A stretch of 24,000 bases of DNA, from positions 4,849 through 28,848 of the forward strand of contig CAZWIZ010000005.1 of NCBI GenBank assembly GCA_964634385.1, given 5' to 3'. The position numbers and the translations under genes are program-made. How positions within the stretch are numbered: the stretch's first letter is position 1; every line of letters begins with the position of its first letter. Below, piece after piece: positions 1-7,116 of the stretch. The notes under the pieces are model-generated. The model saw nothing but the letters and a program-made list of their open reading frames with translations. It was not told the origin of the DNA and searched no databases. Origin of the DNA: an uncultured Candidatus Izemoplasmatales bacterium. Its GTDB lineage: Bacteria; Bacillota_I; Bacilli_A; Izemoplasmatales; Izemoplasmataceae.

Positions 1-2
1 AG

Positions 3-524
3 ACTCAAAATCATTTTAGATGTATAGATTATGTTATCAACTTGGTATTTGAACCAGTTACAGAAACGATAGTTAAAGACTTACATAAGATCTTAAAAAC
101 TGGGACAAGTGACTCAAAACTCGAATGGGTTAATGTTGGAGAATATAAACAGAGACCAAATACTGTTGGTGGTGTTGAGACATCTAAGCCAGAACAAGTC
201 GCAAAAGATATGGCAAAACTAATTGGAACTTACGAGAATAAGCCTGAATATACTTTTGAGGATATATTAGAGTTTCATTATACATTTGAGACTATTCATC
301 CTTTCCAGGATGGAAATGGGAGAGTAGGTCGTCTTATTGCCTTTAAGGAATGTTTGCGACATGGTATTGTGCCTTTCACAATTAATGAAAATATAAAACT
401 ATTTTATTATAGAGGATTAAGGGAATGGAAGAATGAACAAGGATTCTTAATTGATACTTGTAAAACAGGACAAGATAAATACATGAGATTGTTAGATATT
501 TTTGAAATTGATTATGTAGAATAA
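3..524 (+). CDS. Fic/DOC family protein, 5' end lies outside the window
   Basis: The frame stays open to the window edge, so the TTG at 42 is probably not the true start. Canonical Fic motif HPFQDGNGRVGR (HxFx[D/E]GNGRxxR). TAA stop at 522-524. Confidence 0.85.
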   Translation, partial: TQNHFRCIDYVINLVFEPVTETIVKDLHKILKTGTSDSKLEWVNVGEYKQRPNTVGGVETSKPEQVAKDMAKLIGTYENKPEYTFEDILEFHYTFETIHPFQDGNGRVGRLIAFKECLRHGIVPFTINENIKLFYYRGLREWKNEQGFLIDTCKTGQDKYMRLLDIFEIDYVE

Positions 525-540
525 ATCGAAAAAACAGATA

Positions 541-630
541 GAAACCTTCTAAGGTGTCGGCAAGGGGTTCAAATTCCTCTAAAAATGCCATTTTAAAGCA
601 CAAGCTAGCCCTTAAAGATTGGCTTTTTTT
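541..630 (+). repeat. tRNA-Arg(UCU) 3'-half-like repeat, copy A
   Basis: GAAACCTTCTAAGGtGTCGGcaaGGGGTTCaAATtCCTCtaaaAATGCCATTTTAAAGCA, then a weak AGCC/GGCT hairpin and a T-run. Starts 17 nt after the Fic stop. Confidence 0.7.
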
Positions 631-954
631 ATTTGATTTATGCTTTTTCTAACAAAAAGGATCCATTGTAATAGGGTTTTGAATGATTTTTAGCACTTGT
701 TCACACATTTCATATTAAACTGTAGAAGTACCATATTACATTTAGGAATGTTTCAGGGGAAACTAAATTATTATTTTTTTGAAAATGCCAAATAAAAATC
801 CCTGAATTTACTTGCTGATACATGATAAAAAGTGTGTATACAAGATAATAAGCGTGAACTCAATCTGCAATTGAGTAATTCAAAGTCTTCTTTCGTTCAT
901 TGAAAGAAATAATAGAAAAAAATGATTAAACATTTATTTCAAATCCAATAAGGA

Positions 955-1215
955 TGCACTGCTATGAAAAAGTGGGACCTTAGTCCCACCCCAAAGAAAA
1001 TATTGTAGTATAATAATACAAAGGGGTTGATAATATGGTGAATCAGTACAGTGTAGACTTTAAGTTAAAGATAGTTAAGATGATTCTTAATGAAAATATA
1101 AGTAAACGTGAAATAGAAAGATCATATAAAGTATCAAGGAAAGCACAAAGACGGTGAGTACACAAGTAAGAAACTGAAGGTATAAGTGGTTAGTGAGTAA
1201 GAGGAAGATAAGGAT
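955..1215 (+). mobile_element. IS3-family insertion sequence remnant (IRL-like terminus plus decayed orfA)
   Basis: TGCACTGCTATGAAAAAGTGGGAC at 955 resembles IS3/IS150-group left ends (TGxACTG...AAAAGTxGGAC). The ATG at 1035 opens MVNQYSVDFKLKIVKMILNENISKREIERSYKVSRKAQRR, an OrfA-type HTH. It then runs through in-frame TGA/TAA/TAG codons at positions where the family has W/Y/L (..RR*VHK*ETEGISG**). No orfB follows. Confidence 0.6.
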
Positions 1216-1297
1216 AAAGTAATTGCAAAAATTATTATTGTACAGTATACAACTTTCAGCAATGGGTATTATTCAATGCTTTAGCATCATTTAGTAA

Positions 1298-1341
1298 TAT
1301 AAAAATCAGCAACAAAGCCAGTTTAATGACATTGTTGCTGA
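1298..1341 (-). terminator. Rho-independent terminator of the minus-strand two-gene operon
   Basis: Perfect 10-bp inverted repeat TCAGCAACAA (1306-1315) / TTGTTGCTGA (1332-1341). On the minus strand it is followed by TTTTTATATT, just downstream of the CDS ending at 1360. Confidence 0.7.
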
Positions 1342-1359
1342 ACATCTATCCAAATACAT

Positions 1360-1938
1360 TTATTCCTGTTCCCCATATATCCTAGATATTGTATCAAATA
1401 TTGCATAATTCAAATAAACAATACTAGGAAATGAATCAGAAAAAGAATGTTTGTTAAAATCTGATTCACATAATTCATTGTTTTTATAGAAAACTAAATC
1501 AGAGTCTTTATCAGTAAGCTCATAGAAATCAATAACATAGTTAGTATTCGATGAGTGATAATTAGCAATTACAATGTAGCTACATGTACTGTTGAACAGT
1601 GCTTCAATATTTGAAGCATCATCATAATTTTCAATAAATTTATTCATATCAATAATTATGAATGTTGTATCAGATTGATAACCCGATGTTGGATTTATTG
1701 AATTAAGTTCAAAAAATCCATAATGCTCATTTAAATCTATAACATCACTATAAATATAGATATTAGTATCGTAATCTTCAAGAATTTCTATTCGATCATA
1801 ATAATTTAATGGTAATCCTTCAGGTATCTTTTTGGAAAATGGGTTTAGAGATAATAATAGTACAAATGCAATTGTAAGAAATACAGCAGTTGGAATTTGG
1901 TTTCTATCTGAAGTTTGCCTTTCTTGTTTACTATTCAT
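1360..1938 (-). CDS. Hypothetical membrane-anchored protein (one N-terminal TM segment, acidic Tyr/Asn/Asp-rich remainder)
   Basis: 192-aa ORF with hydrophobic segment IPTAVFLTIAFVLLLSL. Its start abuts the stop of the upstream gene (1938/1939), which suggests coupling. I recognise no family. Confidence 0.6.
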   Translation of the reverse strand: MNSKQERQTSDRNQIPTAVFLTIAFVLLLSLNPFSKKIPEGLPLNYYDRIEILEDYDTNIYIYSDVIDLNEHYGFFELNSINPTSGYQSDTTFIIIDMNKFIENYDDASNIEALFNSTCSYIVIANYHSSNTNYVIDFYELTDKDSDLVFYKNNELCESDFNKHSFSDSFPSIVYLNYAIFDTISRIYGEQE

Positions 1939-2733
1939 TTAGTAATATAAAGTATTCAATATAGTTTTGTAAACTACAATAGGAGTTGAAAATCTTCCGA
2001 CTTTGTCTCCAAAAGAAGTTTCCAGAGTCATTGTGTTAAAGAAATCTCCAACATTCCCATTATATCCTGCCGTCATATCTACTAAGAATAAACCTCTATT
2101 ATAGGTTAATTCATTTGCATAATCACAAGAACCAGTTACACAAATATATTCGAATGTAACATCATATATTTGGTTAGCCCCAGAATGATCAAAATCAAAC
2201 TCTAATTCGTCAACAGTAAAAGAAGTAGTTGCTGAAACTTTTGGTGTACCACTAACTTCAACAGAAACAGTGTATTCATTAGATTGTGGTTCAATCATTG
2301 GTTCTGGTTCTGCCATAACAAAACCGGAATTCGTGTATAAGTCTCCATAATAAGTGTACATATATGATCCATCAATATCAGATCTTAAATTAGCCTCATA
2401 TGTAATAGAATCATATGTATATTTGATGCCAAATAAACCAGGGATTTTGATATTCATTGGTTCAGCCTGTGCTTTTGCAATAACAAGTGCCCAATCACTA
2501 TCAGTTAAGTCTTTGTATACAGCTGTTTCGAGTCTAGACCAACCAATGATGTATGATGTACCACTTTTAACATAGTATGAATAAGATGAGTGTGTGTCGT
2601 AATCATCCTTAACTCCATACATTGTAGAATCAACATCGAATCCCATACCAGTACCTGTAGAGTCTGCACTTACATTGTTGATATTAACAAATGCTGCAGC
2701 AAAAAATAATGCGAATAATAATAATTTTTTCAT
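1939..2733 (-). CDS. Secreted hypothetical protein with Sec signal peptide
   Basis: 264-aa ORF. N-terminus MKKLLLFALFFAAAFVNINNVSA-DS looks like a signal peptide. AAGGAGA RBS lies 8 nt upstream of the ATG on the minus strand. Confidence 0.7.
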   Translation of the reverse strand: MKKLLLFALFFAAAFVNINNVSADSTGTGMGFDVDSTMYGVKDDYDTHSSYSYYVKSGTSYIIGWSRLETAVYKDLTDSDWALVIAKAQAEPMNIKIPGLFGIKYTYDSITYEANLRSDIDGSYMYTYYGDLYTNSGFVMAEPEPMIEPQSNEYTVSVEVSGTPKVSATTSFTVDELEFDFDHSGANQIYDVTFEYICVTGSCDYANELTYNRGLFLVDMTAGYNGNVGDFFNTMTLETSFGDKVGRFSTPIVVYKTILNTLYY

Positions 2734-2803
2734 AAAAATAACATCTCCTTAAGTTTTTCTTTTTTGAGATGGATTACCATCCCTTACATTTAATAATGTT
2801 TCT

Positions 2804-2832
2804 ATTTTAAAACTAATTTCGAATAATGTCAA
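2804..2832 (-). promoter_or_regulatory. Sigma-70-type promoter for the 2733..1360 operon
   Basis: The minus strand reads TTGACA (2832-2827), 17 nt, TAAAAT (2809-2804). Confidence 0.55.
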
Positions 2833-2884
2833 CTTAAATCAGAAAAATTACGCATTCGGTAACTTTCTAATAGCCCTAGGCTAA

Positions 2885-2969
2885 ACGCCCTTCTAAGGCG
2901 TCGGCCGGGGGTTCGAATCCCTCCCGGAATGCCATTAAACAATTTAACTAAGCCCTTTTGGGCTTTTTT
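2885..2969 (+). repeat. tRNA-Arg(UCU)-like element, copy B (most complete; probable tRNA pseudogene or att junction)
   Basis: Anticodon stem ACGCC/GGCGT, loop CTTCTAA (anticodon TCT), variable CGGCC, T stem GGGGG/CCCTC, T loop TTCGAAT, acceptor 3' strand CCGGAAT, discriminator G, CCA (ends 2934). Then terminator AAGCCC-TTTT-GGGCTT plus T-run (2950-2969). I could not fold the upstream sequence into a canonical D arm or acceptor 5' strand; ATTCGGT at 2854 pairs at only 5 of 7 positions. Confidence 0.8.
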
Positions 2970-2999
2970 ATTTATCTGTTTTTTCAATATTTTTTTGAA

Positions 3000-3029
3000 A
3001 AGGGCGTCGGTCACCTGTACGGCGCCCTT
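3000..3029. other. GC-rich 10-bp-stem hairpin whose 5' arm repeats the core motif AAGG(G)CGTCGG
   Basis: AAGGGCGTCG (3000-3009) pairs with CGGCGCCCTT (3020-3029), including one G-U pair, around loop GTCACCTGTA. No T-run follows on either strand. Confidence 0.6.
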
Positions 3030-3140
3030 AAACTAATTACTCTACGATAAAAAGTATTTAACTATGATTTTATTTAGTTTTTATAAATGAAAAATAGTTG
3101 GTAATGTTTCGTTATTTCGATGTTTTAATTAATAAATATG

Positions 3141-3185
3141 TTGATTTCCTCCAGATAATGGTATATAATGCAATTATCTGGAGGA
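3141..3185 (+). promoter_or_regulatory. abiE promoter embedded in a perfect 13-bp inverted repeat (candidate AbiEi operator)
   Basis: TTGATT (3141-3146), 17 nt, TATAAT (3164-3169). TCCTCCAGATAAT (3147-3159) is the exact reverse complement of ATTATCTGGAGGA (3173-3185). The right arm contains the GGAGGA RBS. Confidence 0.65.
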
Positions 3186-3192
3186 AATAGAA

Positions 3193-3807
3193 ATGATTAA
3201 AACAATTCATGATTTACTAGTTACATATGAAAACTATGCAGATCCAATTGGAAAAACAAATAGAGAGATAAAAAATGGAAATCTTTTTCCAATTGTTAAA
3301 GGTTTATATGAGACCGATATAAATACACCTGGGCTCTTTTTGTCTGCATACATTTATGGCCCATCATATTTGTCTTTTGAATATGCTCTTTATTATCATG
3401 GTTTAATTCCTGAAAAAGTAACTGTTTTTACAAATGCAACTTTTAAAAAGCAAAGGTCAAAAAAATATAAAAACAGTTTTGGTGTATTTACATATCGTGA
3501 TATTCCTCAGAATGCTTATCCTTATGGAGTTAAAGCCTATATAAATAACGGATATTCTTATATTATTGCTAGTCCTGAAAAGGCACTGTGTGACAGACTT
3601 TATATAGCACAACCTCAAACTAGTATGAAAGATCTAAAAGTATTAATTTTTGAAAATTTAAGAATTAGTGAGGAAACATTTTTAGAACTTAATTTTGGGG
3701 ATCTACTATTTTTATGTGATAAATATAGATCTACAAATATGAGATTACTAAAAAGAATAATAATAAAGGAGACAATGAATCATGACCATCCTAGAGCAAA
3801 TGATTGA
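3193..3807 (+). CDS. abiEi: AbiEi-like type IV toxin-antitoxin antitoxin / transcriptional regulator
   Basis: 204 aa. Sits directly upstream of an AbiEii-type gene and overlaps it by 26 nt. Segments such as KGLYE, SYLSFEYALYYHGLIPE and SPEKALCDRLY resemble AbiEi-family proteins as I remember them. Confidence 0.7.
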   Translation: MIKTIHDLLVTYENYADPIGKTNREIKNGNLFPIVKGLYETDINTPGLFLSAYIYGPSYLSFEYALYYHGLIPEKVTVFTNATFKKQRSKKYKNSFGVFTYRDIPQNAYPYGVKAYINNGYSYIIASPEKALCDRLYIAQPQTSMKDLKVLIFENLRISEETFLELNFGDLLFLCDKYRSTNMRLLKRIIIKETMNHDHPRAND

Positions 3808-4645
3808 AAACTATTCTATAAATACAGTAGATGATAAGAAAAATGTTATTAAAGAAATAATGCAAGAACTTACATTAGCAGGTCTTTCAAAAACTGATTT
3901 TTTTAAGAATGCAGCTTTTTATGGTGGGACTGCCTTAAGAATTTTTTACGGACTAAATCGATTTTCTGAAGATTTAGACTTTACTTTGTTAACTACGGAT
4001 AAAGATTTTACTTTAGATAAGTATATCCCAGCTTTAAAACAAGTTGTAGAATCATTAGGTCTTAAATTTGAAATAACAACCAAAGAAAAGAAAATTGATT
4101 CAAATATCAGATCAGCCTTTTTAAAAGGAAATACTAAAGAGCAGTTTTTAATTTTTTACCTTGATTCTAATCAAAATAATTTAATCTCTCATAATGAAAA
4201 AATTAAAATTAAATTTGAGATTGATATTAATCCGCCTGAGTTTGCAATAACTGAATTAAAGTTTCGTTTACTACCATTTCCTTATCAAGTAAAAGTATAT
4301 GATAAACCATCTTTATTCGCAGGTAAAGTTCATGCTGTTATTGCAAGAAGTTGGAAAACAAGAGTAAAGGGTCGAGATCTCTACGATTATATATTTTATT
4401 TATCATCAAATACAAAGATTAATTTAAAACATTTGGAAGCAAGGTTAAGACAAACAAATACTATAATAGAAGAAGAACGGTTAACATTGAAAGTACTTAT
4501 TAATATTTTAAATGACCGCTTCGATATAATTGATTTTAATGAAGCGAAGAAAGATGTTTTACCATTTATTAATGATATAGATACCCTGGATTTGTGGAGT
4601 GCAGTATTTTTTAAGAATATTACAAAGAATTTAAGAGGTGAATGA
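3782..4645 (+). CDS. abiEii: AbiEii/AbiGii family nucleotidyltransferase toxin
   Basis: 287 aa. The signature FYGGTALRIFYGLNRFSEDLDF matches the AbiEii hallmark GGTAL...R.SEDLDF. Later KGRDLYD block. TGA stop. Confidence 0.85.
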   Translation: MTILEQMIENYSINTVDDKKNVIKEIMQELTLAGLSKTDFFKNAAFYGGTALRIFYGLNRFSEDLDFTLLTTDKDFTLDKYIPALKQVVESLGLKFEITTKEKKIDSNIRSAFLKGNTKEQFLIFYLDSNQNNLISHNEKIKIKFEIDINPPEFAITELKFRLLPFPYQVKVYDKPSLFAGKVHAVIARSWKTRVKGRDLYDYIFYLSSNTKINLKHLEARLRQTNTIIEEERLTLKVLINILNDRFDIIDFNEAKKDVLPFINDIDTLDLWSAVFFKNITKNLRGE

Positions 4646-4733
4646 AAGTCGTATGAGTTATTATCAGTTTGTTATAATACAATTATGATATATAAGTAAA
4701 CAAAGGAAGGCTTTTGTAAAACTTAAATAATTT

Positions 4734-4849
4734 CAAGAAACCTTCTAAAGCGTCGAACTGAGGTCTTTAGATTCTTTCGGAATGGCATTTTAAAGCAAAT
4801 ACTAAGCCATTTACTGGTTTGGTTATTTTTTTTACTCCGACCGTTGTAG
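4734..4849 (+). repeat. tRNA-Arg(UCU) 3'-half-like repeat, copy C (long form)
   Basis: TCAAGAAACCTTCTAAaGCGTCG... with a decayed T arm (GGTCTTTAGATTCTTTC), then CGGAATGgCATTTTAAAGCAAATA. A long hairpin follows, AAATACTAAGCC/GGTTTGGTTATTT, plus a T-run and the CGACCGTTGTAG extension shared with copy E. Confidence 0.75.
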
Positions 4850-4907
4850 TATTATGTCGTTAGTTATCGTCTTTTCTTCAAACCTGCCAAATCATGCCAA
4901 CGACATG

Positions 4908-4936
4908 TTGATTATTACCTCTTTTGATATTATAAT
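4908..4936 (+). promoter_or_regulatory. Sigma-70-type promoter of the HTH gene
   Basis: TTGATT (4908-4913), 17 nt, TATAAT (4931-4936). GAGGTGA RBS at 4943-4949. Confidence 0.6.
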
Positions 4937-4954
4937 ATTGTTGAGGTGATATAA

Positions 4955-5392
4955 ATGTATAACATTAAGGATATAATGACAATTACAAATTTAAGTGAAC
5001 GAACAATAAGAAGATATCTAAAAGAAGGAAAATTAGATGGTACAAAAGTTGGTGGAGTATGGAGATTTACTGATGCTCAACTAGAGAATTTTTATGGATA
5101 TAAAGAAGCAATGAAAAAAATAAGAAAAGAAGCTACACAACAAGTTGTTGATTTTATTAATATGCCAAATCCAGAAAAGCAAAATACTAGAGTTTGCACA
5201 ATGATTGATCTTATAAATGAAGACGATGTAATTGAAGATGTTAAGCAAGCAATCATGAATGAATGCAACAATGCAACTGATACTATGACAATGAAATTTC
5301 TAAAAGAACAAAACAACTTTCGTTTTATACTCATTGGGTCTTTGGAATTTATTCATAATGTAACTAAAAAAGTATATGAAATAGTAAATTAA
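4955..5392 (+). CDS. Helix-turn-helix protein, excisionase/MerR-type N-terminal domain (HTH_17-like)
   Basis: 145 aa. The N-terminus IMTITNLSERTIRRYLKEGKLDGTKVGGVWRFTDAQLENF is typical of excisionase-family DNA-binding domains. I do not recognise the C-terminal 90 aa. Confidence 0.65.
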   Translation: MYNIKDIMTITNLSERTIRRYLKEGKLDGTKVGGVWRFTDAQLENFYGYKEAMKKIRKEATQQVVDFINMPNPEKQNTRVCTMIDLINEDDVIEDVKQAIMNECNNATDTMTMKFLKEQNNFRFILIGSLEFIHNVTKKVYEIVN

Positions 5393-5433
5393 AACATTCT
5401 ATTTTTGATTTCCAATCTATAAATTTCTAAAAA

Positions 5434-5516
5434 GAAACCTTCTAAGGCCTCGGGCTGGGGTTCGAATCCCTCCTAGAACAACATGAAATCAAAAAAGTCC
5501 ACCTTAGTGGACTTTT
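5434..5516 (+). repeat. tRNA-Arg(UCU) 3'-half-like repeat, copy D
   Basis: GAAACCTTCTAAGGCcTCGGgCtGGGGTTCGAATCCCTCC, with intact T loop and stem, then a divergent acceptor part TAGAACAACA. Bidirectional terminator GTCCAC-CTTA-GTGGAC flanked by an A-run and a T-run, between convergent genes. Confidence 0.8.
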
Positions 5517-5533
5517 CTAAATATTTAGTATGT

Positions 5534-6400
5534 TCAATTGTTTAAACATGTGGCGCCTGAATATATGTCATAATCTAAGTCTTCAAATATATATGCAAGA
5601 ATATCGTCGAAATTATCTACACCATCATATGTTAACCGGAAAATAAGATTTTGATATTGTGCATAGTACTTTGTGTTTGAAGATTGAGGAAGATAAAAAT
5701 CACATTGATTATTGAATATTTGTACTGCATCGTCTTGATTATATGTTTCTATTATAAGGACTGAGAAATAGAGTTCAGAATTATATAGTTTAATTGCACT
5801 TTGTAATGGAATGTTTAAACTGGTATATGTATATTCCCCTTCAATGAGAATATCTCTATCATATTCAAACATAATCTCATCCATTCTAGTCATTAAACTT
5901 GTAGTAAAAGGGTGATACTCTAATTCATTAGTGTAGTGAAGGTGATATTGGTAGTTTCCTTCAAAATCATATTGTCTTAATAATCCTGGAAATGTGGAAT
6001 CAACTGAATGATACGCTTCTAAAATATAATGATCAAGTGTATATACAAATATAATATTGTTTTCATTTAAACTATATTCATTTCGCTCAGTGAAGAAACT
6101 ATTTTGTGCATCACCATCACTAATTTCATATATATATCCATAATCATCTGATCCGTTGTCATTGAAGGTATAAATGTTATTGAACTTAATACTCTTATCA
6201 TTGTAAATCTGATTAAAATCATCAAGTTCTTCTTCATAAGACATTGAAGTTAAATCAATTCCCAAATTAACAGAAAAATCTGCTGACTCAAGAGTAGAAA
6301 TAAATAATGATTCTTCAGCACTTGGGTCTTTGGTACAAGAACATAGTAATAATACAGACAGTAGTAATAACAGAGTTTTCTTTATATAATTACCATTCAT
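5534..6400 (-). CDS. Putative lipoprotein, acidic Tyr/Asn/Asp-rich
   Basis: Start moved to the ATG at 6400, preceded by GGAGG 5 nt upstream on the minus strand. This gives MNGNYIKKTLLLLLSVLLLCSC, a lipobox-like sequence. The 55-codon upstream extension in the ORF track overlaps the preceding gene and has no RBS. Confidence 0.65.
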   Translation of the reverse strand: MNGNYIKKTLLLLLSVLLLCSCTKDPSAEESLFISTLESADFSVNLGIDLTSMSYEEELDDFNQIYNDKSIKFNNIYTFNDNGSDDYGYIYEISDGDAQNSFFTERNEYSLNENNIIFVYTLDHYILEAYHSVDSTFPGLLRQYDFEGNYQYHLHYTNELEYHPFTTSLMTRMDEIMFEYDRDILIEGEYTYTSLNIPLQSAIKLYNSELYFSVLIIETYNQDDAVQIFNNQCDFYLPQSSNTKYYAQYQNLIFRLTYDGVDNFDDILAYIFEDLDYDIYSGATCLNN

Positions 6401-7013
6401 ATGATCCTCCAGAAATTGCAAAATATATGGTCGAACTGTCATAGAAATTTTCGAAGTATTCATCAAATTGTTGACTAGTATATGCATTCCAATCCATAAT
6501 TGATGGAAAAACCATAGTATAATAAACACTAGGAAGAGTACCTTGTTTACCTGCCCAACTCCCATTATTTAGTTGAATCATAAAGTGATTAGTTTGATTG
6601 CTTACATAAGATGCATAAACATTGGCTTTCGTATTTATGTCATCTTCTATAATAGAAGCTTTCCCGAAATAATTAATCTCGATATGGAAAAGGTCATAGT
6701 AGTTCAAAGTAATATTGGTATTATCTGAATTGCTATTTGGTAATCCTACAGAGTAATTACTTTTTTCTGTTGTATATTTTGTTGTTTTAGAATCGTAGGT
6801 TAGATCTTGATTGTATTCAATATATTCTGTCTTGTCAAAATAGTGTATTGGGGTTGAATAATACTCGTACCTGTAAGTGTTATTACCTAAATCATAGATT
6901 TTTCTATTCGCAGTACGTAACTCAATTATTTCTTCTTGGTACTCAACTATTGCGAATACTTGGTTGAAATTTAAAAATAGTAATATAAAAAATAATAATA
7001 TAATTTTTTTCAT
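6390..7013 (-). CDS. Secreted hypothetical protein with Sec signal peptide
   Basis: 207 aa. N-terminus MKKIILLFFILLFLNFNQVFA. AGGAAGGGGA RBS. Overlaps the downstream lipoprotein gene by 11 nt. Confidence 0.65.
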   Translation of the reverse strand: MKKIILLFFILLFLNFNQVFAIVEYQEEIIELRTANRKIYDLGNNTYRYEYYSTPIHYFDKTEYIEYNQDLTYDSKTTKYTTEKSNYSVGLPNSNSDNTNITLNYYDLFHIEINYFGKASIIEDDINTKANVYASYVSNQTNHFMIQLNNGSWAGKQGTLPSVYYTMVFPSIMDWNAYTSQQFDEYFENFYDSSTIYFAISGGSYEW

Positions 7014-7077
7014 AGATTCCCCTTCCTTGAAAAAATATCTCCCTGTGGGATAAATTTCTAATTATCCCTATATATTT

Positions 7078-7106
7078 ATTATCGCTTAATCTAAATACTA
7101 AGTCAA
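7078..7106 (-). promoter_or_regulatory. Sigma-70-type promoter for the 7013..5534 operon
   Basis: The minus strand reads TTGACT (7106-7101), 17 nt, GATAAT (7083-7078). The resulting 5' UTR contains the palindrome GGGATAA-N8-TTATCCC (7047-7068). Confidence 0.5.
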
Positions 7107-7116
7107 TAAGTAACGT

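Noticed and set aside
382-603. Antisense or overlapping small ORFs (382-603, 2354-2575, 5092-5334, 7474-7731, 9733-9942, 11282-11500, 17182-17403, 18793-19044, 23028-23240)
   Set aside because: All lie inside, or antisense to, better-supported genes. They have low-complexity AT-driven composition, no RBS and no recognisable motifs.
1035-1215. TGA at a conserved Trp position of the IS3 OrfA remnant as evidence for a code-4 (TGA=Trp) donor or host
   Set aside because: The same remnant also has TAA and TAG at conserved Tyr and Leu positions, which is consistent with simple AT-biased decay. Intact genes in the window (abiEi, abiEii, 7526-8026, 12123-12461) terminate with TGA and encode Trp with TGG.
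2851-2934. Calling copy B a functional tRNA-Arg(UCU) gene
   Set aside because: The 3' two-thirds are canonical. I could not build a D arm, and only 5 of 7 acceptor pairs form from the upstream sequence. It is therefore reported as tRNA-like or pseudogene, not as a tRNA gene.
2829-3014. 61-aa minus-strand ORF from the ORF track
   Set aside because: It lies entirely on the antisense side of the tRNA-like element, its terminator and the GC-rich hairpin. Its Arg/Gly/Pro-rich translation is just the complement of tRNA-like sequence, and there is no RBS.
5534-6565. Full 343-aa ORF as annotated in the ORF track
   Set aside because: The first 55 codons overlap the upstream gene (6390-7013) and lack an RBS. 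The internal ATG at 6400 has a GGAGG RBS and yields a lipoprotein-type signal sequence.
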